Shown piece after piece: positions 1-10,319 of a DNA stretch of 64,000 bases. A program made the translations under genes and the position numbers. This stretch comes from Methanobacteriota archaeon. Its GTDB lineage: Archaea > Methanobacteriota > Methanobacteria > Methanobacteriales > Methanobacteriaceae. The stretch's first letter is position 1, and the number at the start of each line of letters is the position of its first letter. Location: the NCBI GenBank assembly GCA_963787255.1, contig CAWBCJ010000025.1:96001-160000 (forward strand), given 5' to 3'. Below the pieces are notes generated by a model. The model saw only the letters and a list, made by a program, of their open reading frames with translations, ran no database searches and was not told the DNA's origin.

Positions 1-5
1 CTCCA

Positions 6-557
6 GTGCTTAGAGAAGAGATTTTAAACCTCAAACCGTTTAACGGAGATCATGTACTTGTTTACCAAACAAGTGATTCTAATTCCGAACTTATTGATAT
101 TCTTAAATCTTTAGATGAAAAATTTATAATATATGGCTTTGGCATTGAAAAAGAGGAGGGAAACCTTAAATTCAGGGAATTTAACGAAGATCAGTTCTTT
201 AAAGACTTTGAATCAAGCAAAGCAGTGGTTGCTAACGGTGGATTTACATTAATGGGTGAAGCAGTGTATCTTGGAAAACCTGTTTATATAATTCCTGTTA
301 AAAAGCAGTTTGAACAGACGGTAAATGCTATATATGTTAAAAAATTGGGTTATGGCGAATTCCACGAACAAATGACCAAAGAAAGTTTTGAAGAATTCTT
401 ATCTAATCTTGATTCATACCGAAAAGCACTAAGTTCATTTAAGCACGACAAAAATCAGAAAATTCTTCATGATCTAGACAAAAAAATAGCTAAATATTCT
501 AAAAAATATAAAAATGACTCTAATTACAGTCTCATTGATTCTCCAGAGATCAAATGA
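6..557 (+). CDS. Glycosyltransferase (MJ1255/GT28-like), C-terminal part; 5' end lies outside the window
   Basis: GT-B C-terminal motifs VVANGGFTLMGEAVYLGKPV and P...QFEQ..NA. Confidence 0.8.
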   Translation: MLREEILNLKPFNGDHVLVYQTSDSNSELIDILKSLDEKFIIYGFGIEKEEGNLKFREFNEDQFFKDFESSKAVVANGGFTLMGEAVYLGKPVYIIPVKKQFEQTVNAIYVKKLGYGEFHEQMTKESFEEFLSNLDSYRKALSSFKHDKNQKILHDLDKKIAKYSKKYKNDSNYSLIDSPEIK

Positions 558-831
558 GAAGACTAAATAAATTCTAATTTTAATTTTTATTATTTTCAAT
601 TTTGATATGATTAATTATATGCTATGGAATTATCATTCTTTAAATAATTTTTTTTAAATGGTTATTTTTTTATTTTATAAAGTAGTTATATGATTTTAGA
701 TGAACAGCTAAAACTTGAAGATGTGGTAAATTTTGAGGAAAAATTCATTAAACCAATAGAAGATCCAAAGAATTAGGGCTTTTTTGGACTTAAAAAAATA
801 CTAATTGAATAAAGGGATGATATGAATGGTT

Positions 832-1618
832 ATGGAAAATATAGACTTTTATTATTTTTCCGGAACAGGAAATACATATTTAGTGGTTAAGAAAATGTGT
901 GAAACCTTTGAAAAAGAGGGGATTAAAGTTAATATTAATAAAATTGAAGATTCAAATCCTGAAGAAGTCAATTTAGAGCACACAATCGGTTTAGGGTTTC
1001 CAATAGCAGAACTTTCAACTTATGAATTTGTATGGGATTTTATAAACACATTGCCTGAGGCTGAAGGTACAGAAATTTTCATGGTTGATACTTTGGCTGG
1101 GTTTTCAGGCGGTATCGTTGGACCTGTAAGAAAAATTGTAGAAAAGAAAGGATACAAGCCTATTGGAGCTTGTGAAATAATAATGCCTCCAAACGTGTGT
1201 GTTCTATATCCAAGATGAAGAAACTAATAAAAAGAAAATTAAAAAAGGATTGAAAAAAGCCGAAAAATATGCTAAAGCACTAATAAAAGGAAAATCTAAA
1301 TGGGGAAGAGTTCCTGTTATATCAGATGCGGTTTATTACACATCATTACTGGGTCTAAAGGTAACTGAAACAAATTTAAACCAGAAATTGCTCTATTTAA
1401 GCACTGATAAAGAAAAGTGCAGTAAATGCGGTATATGTTTTAAACTCTGCCCAATTGAAAATATAAGAATGGATGAGGGTGAATATCCTGAAAATTTAAT
1501 GCATTGTCAATACTGTTTAAGATGCGCATCTTTCTGCCCGAAACAAGCAATACCATGCAAGATAAACTATAAAGGAAAAACATACCGAGCTGTGAAGGCA
1601 AAAGCATTATTAGAATAA
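832..1618 (+). CDS. EFR1-family flavodoxin-ferredoxin fusion, split by a frameshift near 1195
   Basis: YYFSGTGNT flavodoxin loop in ORF 826..1218; two CxxCxxCxxxCP motifs in ORF 1199..1618; extra TGTG in a GT run at the junction. Confidence 0.8.
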
Positions 1619-1737
1619 AAAAAGTTTTTATATTTCAAAAAAAAATAATTTAGAAAGTTTTTCAAGCTTTATAACCCGAAAATAATTCTTTTCTCCATTA
1701 TTTTATTACGGTCATTCATGGTTACTGTTGGTTGCAT

Positions 1738-1895
1738 TTGATCAAAGCTTACGCTATAGATGCTATAATGAAGATTTACCCTGAAATAAAAGATAGAAAG
1801 AGGGTAATGAACTTTATTAAAGAACAACTAGCTGGTTCAAATCCTAAAAAAAACAAGGGATGCAGCGGCGTGTTTTATTGAAACATGGGGAATAA
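1738..1895 (+). pseudogene. Probable C-terminal gene remnant (LIKAYAIDAIMKIYPEIKDRKRVMNFIKEQLAGSNPK..TRDAAACFIETW)
   Basis: Protein-like helical translation with no start region and a frame change in the A-run near 1850. Confidence 0.35.
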
Positions 1896-2017
1896 CATGC
1901 TATTTTTTACTTTTTAAATTAATAGTTGGCTTAAATTATATTAATAATATCTTTCATATTTTTATAAAATTACTTTTCTATTTTACAACATATATTATCA
2001 GAAACTGGAGAAATTTA

Positions 2018-2408
2018 ATGATAAAGATTAAAAGAATCACAGAATCACCACAAAAGGAAGATGGAATTAGAATAATGGTTGAAAGCAAATGCCCTGAAGA
2101 AATGGACTCTCAGAAGATGGCAGATGTGGATTTATGGTTTAAAGAAATAGCGCCAGAGCCCGGAATGTTACGAGTGTTTGGATGAAAACCCTGCAAACTT
2201 TGATGAATTTAAAGAAAAATATCGGTCCAAGCTCAGGGGCAAAAAAACATTCCAGAAAATTATTAGAGATATGGAAAATGAAAATGGAACAGTTACATTA
2301 TTATATTGTTCTCCAGATAAAGAGCAAAATTGTGCCGCTGTTTTAAAAGAGAAACTTGAAGGATATAGAGTTATAGGTAGAAGTGTAGGCAGAATTCATG
2401 GAGGATGA
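2018..2408 (+). CDS. DUF488/YeaO-like protein, frameshifted near 2163
   Basis: GGAG RBS, then ATG 2018 MIKIKRITESPQKEDGIRIMV...VDLWFKEIAP; continues in ORF 2178..2408 with F.EFKEKY...VTLLY...N.AAVLKE. Confidence 0.75.
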
Positions 2409-2507
2409 ACTTTTTTAATTTAAGATACATTCATTTTTTTTAAACTAAAATTTTACCATTAATCCAAGTGTTTTGAGTTGGATTTATCAAATAAAATAAA
2501 GATAAAT

Positions 2508-3380
2508 CTAAAGAATCTGCGATAATGTAATTAAAGCAACGCCCAAAACCATGACTGAAGTACCGGCCAATCTTTCTTTAATTCCTTTTTCTTTAAAGAC
2601 AAAACGACCCCATAAAACGCCGAATACAACACTAACACGTTTAATGGAAATAACGTAGGCAACAAGGGTCAAACTAATGGCTATCATCTGAAATATGATG
2701 GTTAATGCACTGAAAAATCCAATGGGAAATAAAACTTTAAAATCGGTTTTAATAGAACTGAAATCATGATTTGATTTAAAAAAAATCAATGGAATTATGA
2801 CCATCATCACAAATAAATTGATTGAAAAGGCCCAGAAGATTGGAGAAGAATTTTGAACTCCAATTTTATCGATATTGGAGGTTATGCTGAATAAAAATGC
2901 CACAAACAGCATAAGTTTTGGTCCTTTTTTTCTTAAGAGTGCTTTAAAAGGGCCAAGAAGCCCATCACTAATCTTTGTAATGTTTAGCAGGTATGATCCA
3001 AAAACTATAAACAAAACTCCAACCACGCCTAAAGGAGCTGGAAATTCGCCAAGTATTAAAGGAGAAGTTATAAGGAGAAATAAAGGAGTAAAAGCTACTA
3101 ATGGAACTGTTATGGAGAGATCTGAAACTTTAATAGCCCTCATGTAAAGAATTATTGTGAAAACATTTAGCACTCCATCAATAATTAGTGCTATCCAGAA
3201 ATTGCTGCCGAGGTGGGGAATTCCGAAAATAAAGACTAGTGGAAGTAAAAATGGTAAAGCGAAAAATTTAAAGGAAAATGAGGCTATATATTCATCAACA
3301 GCATGTAAACCTCTTTTACTGAATAAATCTTTAATTGATTCGAAAAAAGCAGTTAAAAAGGCAAATATAAATGCAATCAT
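2508..3380 (-). CDS. EamA/DMT family transporter
   Basis: About 10 hydrophobic segments in two repeats; SDLSITVPL...LILGE and FKEK motifs. Confidence 0.85.
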   Translation of the reverse strand: MIAFIFAFLTAFFESIKDLFSKRGLHAVDEYIASFSFKFFALPFLLPLVFIFGIPHLGSNFWIALIIDGVLNVFTIILYMRAIKVSDLSITVPLVAFTPLFLLITSPLILGEFPAPLGVVGVLFIVFGSYLLNITKISDGLLGPFKALLRKKGPKLMLFVAFLFSITSNIDKIGVQNSSPIFWAFSINLFVMMVIIPLIFFKSNHDFSSIKTDFKVLFPIGFFSALTIIFQMIAISLTLVAYVISIKRVSVVFGVLWGRFVFKEKGIKERLAGTSVMVLGVALITLSQIL

Positions 3381-3639
3381 AGAATAAATTATGTTTTAGA
3401 CAGTTGAAATAAATAACTATTTTTAAAAAATTATTACTTATTAATCACTAACTATAGATTTTCATTTACACTAGAATTTAAATGAGATAATATAATTGTT
3501 TAAAAAGATAAAATTTTATAATCTATTTTTATTTTCAACCATATAATTAATATTAATATGAACAAAATAATTACAATACTACCAAGAATTTGTGCGTAGT
3601 GTAAATTATGGTTGTTATTAATAACTTAAATGGCTGTAA

Positions 3640-3786
3640 AAAAAAGGAATTCAAAGAATAAATACAGTGTTAAACGGATTGGATGTGATTAGAAGTAATT
3701 TCTGCAATCTGATTTAGTAACTGAACCTTATTATATCTTATTTACAGCCACTATTATTGAAAAAAGGAGCGGTTTATTTTGGATAA
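3640..3786 (+). pseudogene. Decayed MNT (minimal nucleotidyltransferase) antitoxin remnant
   Basis: KYSVKRIG (3661-3684), DLVTEP (3711-3728) and SYLQP..KK.AVYFG* ending at 3786, overlapping the HEPN start; central GS..DxD region absent. Confidence 0.55.
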
Positions 3787-4102
3787 AGATCTTTTTTTCC
3801 TGGAACATATTCTTAGAGAGATGGAATTTTTAGAGGGACAGTTTCCTAAAAATAGTAGGGAAGAACTTAAAAATGACCCTGTTCTTCAGCGGGCTACTAT
3901 AAGAAGTCTAGAAATAATTGGAAATTCTGTAAAATATTTATCTGGAAATTTCAAAGAAAATAATCCCCAAATAGAATGGAACGATATTGCAGAGATGGGA
4001 GATGACCTTATCCTTCGATATTCTGCTGTTGATTGGGATACAATATATGAAATTATCTTATATGCAATTCCTGAGCTTAAAAAAACTGTAATAAAACATT
4101 AA
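3779..4102 (+). CDS. HepT/DUF86 HEPN-family protein with degenerate active site
   Basis: QRATIRSLEIIG, P.IEW.DIA.M and VDW..I..I..IPELK motifs; RX4H replaced by GDDLIL. Confidence 0.8.
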   Translation: MDKDLFFLEHILREMEFLEGQFPKNSREELKNDPVLQRATIRSLEIIGNSVKYLSGNFKENNPQIEWNDIAEMGDDLILRYSAVDWDTIYEIILYAIPELKKTVIKH

Positions 4103-4290
4103 AACGATTCTAAAAACTACTAATTTAACTTATAGAATATCCATTTTGGAAATTTCATTTTAAAAAAATAGGAAATATAGACTTTACAAAAACACAGAAA
4201 CAACTTAATCTAATTCTTTTTGATTAGAAAAATGAATTAAATGTCTTAAAATCTTTAACAGATTCTTAAATAATCATTTAAAGATAAAGA

Positions 4291-4689
4291 TTATTCATAT
4301 ATTCTTTTATGGTGGTCGTAGTCCATAATTACAACCTGATTGTCTTGCAGATGGTAAATAAGCACAAAATCGCCAACGTGAACTCTCCTTGACCCATAAA
4401 AATCACCGCTTAATGGTTTGTAGTGTTCAGGGTTTTTCTGGATTTGATTAATCTTTTTTACAACATATGAATGCTGTTCAGGATTGTTATTATAAACTTT
4501 TTCCAGTTTCTTCCGGGCTTTATTTGAAATTAAAAGATTAGAAGGATGATCTTCCTCCCACAGCTCCTCAAAAAGCAGTAAACATTCTTTAAAAGTTGAG
4601 CAGTTGCCCTGTTTAACTTCTTCACGTATTTTTTCTATTTCTTTTTGATACCCTGGTGAGATGCGGAGATTTTTAGTTGTTTCTGTCAT
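4291..4689 (-). CDS. RelE/ParE(YafQ-like) toxin with an N-terminal antitoxin-like extension
   Basis: C-terminal NP.HYKPLSGDFYGSRRVHVGDFVLIY...DYDHHKRIY; about 48 extra helical N-terminal residues. Confidence 0.8.
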   Translation of the reverse strand: MTETTKNLRISPGYQKEIEKIREEVKQGNCSTFKECLLLFEELWEEDHPSNLLISNKARKKLEKVYNNNPEQHSYVVKKINQIQKNPEHYKPLSGDFYGSRRVHVGDFVLIYHLQDNQVVIMDYDHHKRIYE

Positions 4690-4949
4690 AATATCATTAA
4701 TTTCATTTAATATTATTATGGTAACTAAATTTAATAAATTTTTGATTTAGATAATTATCAAAAAATACAGAGTAATATGCATTATGATTATTCCAGGGTT
4801 CATAAGGCAATGAAATTTTTTCATAATATTTTGCATCTTAATTGGAATTTAATTTTTTTATAAACATTTTTTGGGCATGAATACAAGCAAAATATAATTA
4901 ATATAATAAACAAAGTTATTATTAACCTATTAATTAGATGGTGATAACT

Positions 4950-5201
4950 ATGAATGTAGATATGGTAATTCTTGCTTTTCCCGGTAAAAAAGCTGAAAGC
5001 TACGACACTAAAGACGAAGGAATAAATGAAATACTGGTAGAAAACGATAAAGTAAAAATAGATTTTGTTGATCAAGGTAAGAATTGGATTCGTGAAATTC
5101 CTATTTCAAAATTGAGATTCATAGAATACCCTACAAGAACAGTAAGAACTATTAAAGAAGAAAACATTTACAAAGGCCAGGAAGGTGGAGAAATTAAATA
5201 A
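4950..5201 (+). CDS. Small hypothetical protein, beta-rich
   Basis: GGTGA RBS before ATG 4950; typical codon usage; no family recognised. Confidence 0.6.
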   Translation: MNVDMVILAFPGKKAESYDTKDEGINEILVENDKVKIDFVDQGKNWIREIPISKLRFIEYPTRTVRTIKEENIYKGQEGGEIK

Positions 5202-5241
5202 AAACTATAAAATTTTTTTTATTTTAAATAGTATTGATAAA

Positions 5242-5772
5242 TCAAACACTCTTATCTTGTTTAGAAACGCAAAAATGGCACAAAGCGCCAGGCGTATTCA
5301 ACTGTTTTTCTTTCACGGGACATAAATATTCACCATTTTCAAATTTAATTTTAAATCCACCTGGAAATGAAGTTCCAACAGGGTGAATAGAGGCTTCTAA
5401 TATAAATGTAGTGTAGATGGAAACAATTTTTGCTAAACGCAAAAAATAAATCTCCTGTTCGGTTTTAGATTCTTTAATCTGTTTTAATAATAATTTTATA
5501 AACTCCTGAAGATTATTATTATCTATATACCCTTCATAGTTCTCTTTATCTTCTTTAATATCTTTAAAACGAGTAATAAATGCTCTGGTAAATGTTTCAA
5601 CGAATTCTTCCCTGTAACCAGCATGCATATACTTGGCATCTTCTTGAATGTATGCAGAAGCCAGCATTATATCGTGTATGTGAATTTGTGAAGCTTCCTT
5701 CTTTAAAACCCTCAGAAGTTCATTCTTTGAAATTTTACTTGAAAAGTCAAGATCTTCAATAGTTTCGGCCAT
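5242..5772 (-). CDS. DUF2115/UPF0305 family protein
   Basis: IHPVGTSFPGGF...YLCPVKEKQ...ALCHFCVSKQ. Confidence 0.85.
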   Translation of the reverse strand: MAETIEDLDFSSKISKNELLRVLKKEASQIHIHDIMLASAYIQEDAKYMHAGYREEFVETFTRAFITRFKDIKEDKENYEGYIDNNNLQEFIKLLLKQIKESKTEQEIYFLRLAKIVSIYTTFILEASIHPVGTSFPGGFKIKFENGEYLCPVKEKQLNTPGALCHFCVSKQDKSV

Positions 5773-5809
5773 GAAATCTCTCTAAGAGTAAATATAAAAC
5801 TGTATTTTT

Positions 5810-6347
5810 TTAGATGTCGTCATCCTGTTCAGCAATGCAAAACCCGCAAACTGCAGCGGGATTATCCTTCTGCTTTTCTTTTACAGGACATAAATATGTT
5901 CCATTCAAGTATTTAACTTTAAATCCGCCTGGAAACGGCGTTCCAACTACATGTATGGGTTCATCAAGAACAAATGTTGTATAAATGGACACAATCTTGT
6001 AAATCTTAAAAAAGTTGGATTCATTTGATTCTTAATTTTATAAACATTTTCTCTTGTTCATTTAGAAGTTCTAAAGCTTCTTTAAATTCATTTTTATCCA
6101 AAGTACCTTTAAATTTACTTTTATTGTCTCTAATTTCCTTTACTCTTAAGATGAATCCCTTTGAATATGCTTTTAGATATTCTTCTCTATAGTTTCCCTG
6201 AACATACTTTCCTTCATCAACTAAATAGGCATGAGCGGTCATAATATCCATTATGCTGATAGTTGAAGCTTCTTTTTTAAGAACAACTAGGAGTTCTTCT
6301 TTTTTTATTTCCCTTTTAAAATCAATTTCTTCAACTTTTTTTATCAT
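5810..6347 (-). CDS. DUF2115/UPF0305 paralog, frameshifted near 6030
   Basis: ORFs 6021..6347 and 5810..5992 together are colinear with the neighbouring paralog (PIHVVGTPFPGGF...YLCPVK...CGFC). Confidence 0.8.
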
Positions 6348-6379
6348 TTAAAATCACATAATAATGATTGATTTATAAT

Positions 6380-8470
6380 TTAAGGCTTAAATTTGGCGAA
6401 TTCTTCTTTACCAAATTTCTTCATAATTGATTCAGCAGTTTTAGGGCCAATTCCTTCTATTTTAACAAGTTCATCCTTTGAAACATATCTTAAATCAGTT
6501 CCAAACACATCTACAAGTGCACGGGCACGTTTCCGTCCAAGACGCTTAACACTAACTACCAGTGGGATTAATTCATCTTTTACTCCATAATATAGACGTG
6601 TAGACAGTTTATCTAGGTCTTCAGTGTAAGAGTAAATATTCATTACTCCACAAATATCTTTAAAGAATTTCACCATTCTTGAAGCTTCATAAGCAGCTCT
6701 TCGGGTGGTTGCAGCGTATACATTGAATGCATTTTCAATTCCATACTCACTTCTTTCCTCAATCCATTCTAAAAGAGCTGCTGCTGTGGCTTCATCATTT
6801 CCAATATCACAGGCAAAGATCCCTGATTCGTTTAATTTGTCCATAACAGCTTCTTTACTCTTCCTGCTTTTAAATGAGATTTTGGGCATATCCGGAGTTC
6901 TTGAAATTTCGTATATAAGCTGATATATGTTTATTTGGTCTCGTCTTGCATATTCTTTAAGTCTTACCGCTGTTTCCACAGAATAATTGCTCCTTGCAAT
7001 TAAATTTCCAAAATCTGTAGTTTTAAGCCCTTCTGGAGTTAACTGAATAATTCTGTTATGAACAAGAAATTCAAGTGCATTATTAATCTCATATTCCATT
7101 GTGTCAACAGAAAGAGCGCCGAAAAAGTCATTGGCGTTCATCTGGTAACCATAAAATGTCTCGCCGAAAAATTCAAGGATATCCTGCGGGCTTTTGGCAA
7201 GAGAAGATGCTATCTGGGCTATTATTTGTCTGTAGACTGCGTCTTTATTTTCTATCAGTTTGGAGCTTGTTACTTCTATATCTCCATAAATATAATGATC
7301 TTTTAAATTGTAGGCTTCATCCATAGTTTTGGCAATTAAATATGAATAACCTTCGGTATCGTATCCTGGACGACCTGCACGACCTGACATTTGCTCGTAA
7401 TCAAACACTGGAATGCTTTGAGGCCCTTGCGATGTCCAACGAGTATAATCTCTTATTAAGACATTCTTTGAGGGTAGATTTACGCCATACATAAGGCTGG
7501 GGGTAGCTGTTATCATTAAGAGGTTACCTGCACGGAATTCTTCTTCAACTATCTGGCGTTGTTTGTCAAAAAGACCAGCATGGTGAAATGCAATTCCATT
7601 TTCAACGCATTCGGCAAGTTTTAGGCAGATTGAAGTTGGTCTGGAACCTCTTTTTCTAGGCACGTCCAGTATCTTTTCTGCTACTTCCCTGAAAGCTATT
7701 TTTTTATCTCTTGGAATTTTCCTTTTTACTTTTCCAGAAATATAATTTGCTAGAGATTCAGTAAACCTTCGAGTGGATACAAAAACAAGAATCTGTGATG
7801 AATCTTCAATTGATTCGTTTAAAATTTGTAGAACCATATCGTTTTTGTTTTTTAATTCGTGTTCTTCGGTTATGAGTACATCTTTGTAAAGTGGAACTGG
7901 TCTGTAATCATGCTCTACAACTTCTGCATTTATCCAGCTTGCAAGCTCCTGCATATTTTTGAGTGTTGCAGAAAGTGCAATAATTCTAAGGGCAGGGTTT
8001 ATTATTTTTGATCTGGTGATTGCACATTCAATTGTTGGACCACGCGAATATTCACCAATCATGTGAAATTCGTCAATAATGAGGAGATCAATTTCACGGA
8101 GGGTATTCCATGAAAATCTGGTGATTGCATCAAATGATTCAAATACCATAACTGATAAGTCTGCCGACCGGGGGTGTTTTCCTACTTTAATGCCGAATTT
8201 TTCAAGCTTTTTAAACTCGGCAAGCTTTTCGTTTTGGATTGATATTAATGGAGCTGCATATACAACCTTACCTCCATTTAATATAGTATTTAATGCGGTG
8301 ATTAATCCTAGAAGTGTTTTTCCACTTGCTGTTGGAATGGCTATGATGTAATTAGAGTTATTTTTAAGCAATCCTGAATCTATAACTGCCTTTTGAGCAG
8401 GATTAAGCTCTTTAATTTGAGGATAGCAATCAGCGATTATATCTTTGACTTCCTGATTTAATGTTTCCAT
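6380..8470 (-). CDS. hel308: Ski2-like DExH helicase Hel308/Hjm
   Basis: IPTASGKT, DEFH, SAT, AFHHAGL, QMSGRAGRP and a C-terminal HhH (IEGIGPKTA). Confidence 0.9.
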   Translation of the reverse strand: METLNQEVKDIIADCYPQIKELNPAQKAVIDSGLLKNNSNYIIAIPTASGKTLLGLITALNTILNGGKVVYAAPLISIQNEKLAEFKKLEKFGIKVGKHPRSADLSVMVFESFDAITRFSWNTLREIDLLIIDEFHMIGEYSRGPTIECAITRSKIINPALRIIALSATLKNMQELASWINAEVVEHDYRPVPLYKDVLITEEHELKNKNDMVLQILNESIEDSSQILVFVSTRRFTESLANYISGKVKRKIPRDKKIAFREVAEKILDVPRKRGSRPTSICLKLAECVENGIAFHHAGLFDKQRQIVEEEFRAGNLLMITATPSLMYGVNLPSKNVLIRDYTRWTSQGPQSIPVFDYEQMSGRAGRPGYDTEGYSYLIAKTMDEAYNLKDHYIYGDIEVTSSKLIENKDAVYRQIIAQIASSLAKSPQDILEFFGETFYGYQMNANDFFGALSVDTMEYEINNALEFLVHNRIIQLTPEGLKTTDFGNLIARSNYSVETAVRLKEYARRDQINIYQLIYEISRTPDMPKISFKSRKSKEAVMDKLNESGIFACDIGNDEATAAALLEWIEERSEYGIENAFNVYAATTRRAAYEASRMVKFFKDICGVMNIYSYTEDLDKLSTRLYYGVKDELIPLVVSVKRLGRKRARALVDVFGTDLRYVSKDELVKIEGIGPKTAESIMKKFGKEEFAKFKP

Positions 8471-8604
8471 AATTTTTAGTAGTTCGCAATACTTCTTATA
8501 GTCTTATACTGATTTTCTTAATTCATCAAACTAGGGCATAATTACAAATAAAAACATTTAAAGATGGGTTTTCGATGAATATGTCATTGATAATTATTAA
8601 TTAT

Positions 8605-9129
8605 TCAAAATAGTCTATAAAATCCATTTTCAAATTTTTCCTCGTAGGAAATGAAGAATTGGATTATACCAATTACTATTAGCCAGATTCCAAGAACTAT
8701 AGCCATATAGAATAAACTATACATGTAATAATTTAAAATTAGGAAAATAACCCCCAAAAATATTCCTGTAATTCCAGTGCCCTTTTCTATGGCTTCTTTA
8801 CCAGTAATGGATATAAAACCACTTATTATTATTAATATTCCTGTTATATTAATCCAGATAGTTAAAGGAAGGCCGGGTAAAATTATGTTAAAATATAAGA
8901 ACAGCCCTGTGATTATTGATACTAAAAACAGAATGAAATATAAAGCACTTTCTATTTTATTAAAATTTTTTATATCATAGCTTAAAATAAGCATCCATAT
9001 CCCTAGAAAGGCTGTTCCTAATCCTAATGATTCGTTTATTGTGAAACTTTTTGTAAATAATATTGCAATTACAAAAATACCTACAATTATTCCAACTATT
9101 CCCCTTAAAGTATCTTCAGCCTGGGACAT
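8605..9129 (-). CDS. DUF308/HdeD-like membrane protein
   Basis: About 6 TM helices with GIWL(I)...GI motifs. Confidence 0.6.
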   Translation of the reverse strand: MSQAEDTLRGIVGIIVGIFVIAILFTKSFTINESLGLGTAFLGIWMLILSYDIKNFNKIESALYFILFLVSIITGLFLYFNIILPGLPLTIWINITGILIIISGFISITGKEAIEKGTGITGIFLGVIFLILNYYMYSLFYMAIVLGIWLIVIGIIQFFISYEEKFENGFYRLF

Positions 9130-9319
9130 ATGGATAAATATATTAATTGTTTAATAAATTTTTTACTATTAATATTACTAATTGCGTGAATCAATTTTTT
9201 AGCCCATAATATTCTGATAGGCATATTCTCTACATTCTAAAATGAATTTTCAATAAGAAAAAGAAAAATATATTAAAAAGTATTAATAAATTCTTATATA
9301 TCTAAAGGAGGTATCATAA

Positions 9320-9673
9320 ATGGTAAATTGGGTAGCAGTAATAATTGGATTTATTTTATCCGTAATATTGTCTACAGTTTTTAGTGTAGCTGGTCCAATA
9401 GGCGTTCTTTTTGGATTATTTATAGCCGGATTAATTGTAGGTTTGATGGTCGGCGATGGTGCCCTTAATGGGGCGTGGAATGCGGCTGTAGCCGGCGCAT
9501 TTGGTGGAATAGTAGCTGCTATTCTCATTGTTATTGGAGGAACATTATTCGCAGGTGCTGCAGGATTTTTAGCAGGAGTAGCAACAGGATTAGTACTAGT
9601 AATATATTTAATAATTCAATCATTAATCCTCATGGGAATCGGCGGAGCTATCGGTGGAGCAATAAAAGGTTAA
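9320..9673 (+). CDS. DUF5518-like Gly/Ala-rich membrane protein
   Basis: W.AVIIGFIL...GLIVG.MV...NGAWNAA.AG..GGI...IGGAIG; GGAGG RBS. Confidence 0.7.
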   Translation: MVNWVAVIIGFILSVILSTVFSVAGPIGVLFGLFIAGLIVGLMVGDGALNGAWNAAVAGAFGGIVAAILIVIGGTLFAGAAGFLAGVATGLVLVIYLIIQSLILMGIGGAIGGAIKG

Positions 9674-9718
9674 ATATAAAAAAAATTAGCTCTAAAATCT
9701 CATTTCTAAAAAAAAATT

Positions 9719-10186
9719 TTATTTTTTCTCTTTTTTAACTACAACTATGTCCGAAATCCTTGTTGAAGGATACTGACCATTATCATCTTTTTCAACACTT
9801 TTTACCATGTCCCAAATAGTTAATAGGGCTACACTTGCACCCGTAAGTGCTTCCATTTCGACACCTGTTTTTCCAAGAGATGTAACGCTGATTTCGACTT
9901 CAATATCATTATCATTAACATTAAAACCCACATCAACACCGGTAATTTTAAGGGAATGACATAAAGGAATAAGATGATGGGTTGATTTCACAGCACCAAT
10001 AGCTGCAATTTGAGCTGTAGTAAGCACATTACCTTTTTTTATTTCTTCATTTTCAATAAGTCTAATAGTTTCCTTTTGTAAATGTATTTTACCCTGCACT
10101 ACAGCAGTTCTTTTTACAATTGGTTTTTCAGATACTTCTACCATGTGAACACCTTTTTCTGAAAGGTGAGTGAATGATTTTTCCAT
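9719..10186 (-). CDS. moaC: Cyclic pyranopterin monophosphate synthase
   Basis: HMVEVSEK, LIPLCH, GKTGVEMEAL, IWDMVK. Confidence 0.95.
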   Translation of the reverse strand: MEKSFTHLSEKGVHMVEVSEKPIVKRTAVVQGKIHLQKETIRLIENEEIKKGNVLTTAQIAAIGAVKSTHHLIPLCHSLKITGVDVGFNVNDNDIEVEISVTSLGKTGVEMEALTGASVALLTIWDMVKSVEKDDNGQYPSTRISDIVVVKKEKK

Positions 10187-10319
10187 TATATTTTCAACTC
10201 CAATTCATCAAATAGATTAAATTTGATTGTATTAACTGTAACTATAATTAGTATAATGAAATATAAAAAATAATGCCATCAAAATTTAAATTTGAATATA
10301 ACACCCTTTAAATAAATAA

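Noticed and set aside
690-776. 28-codon ORF MILDEQLKLEDVVNFEEKFIKPIEDPKN
   Set aside because: Protein-like composition but no RBS or recognisable motif; it may be a remnant and cannot be supported.
1190-1205. Phase variation at the GTGTGTGT run in the EFR1 gene
   Set aside because: Only about 4 repeat units, and it fits the window-wide +1 error pattern.
2875-3387. Antisense ORFs in the track (e.g. 2875..3147, 10912..11355, 16818..17282, 47939..48406, 60878..61258)
   Set aside because: They shadow well-supported genes on the opposite strand and have no RBS or recognisable motifs.
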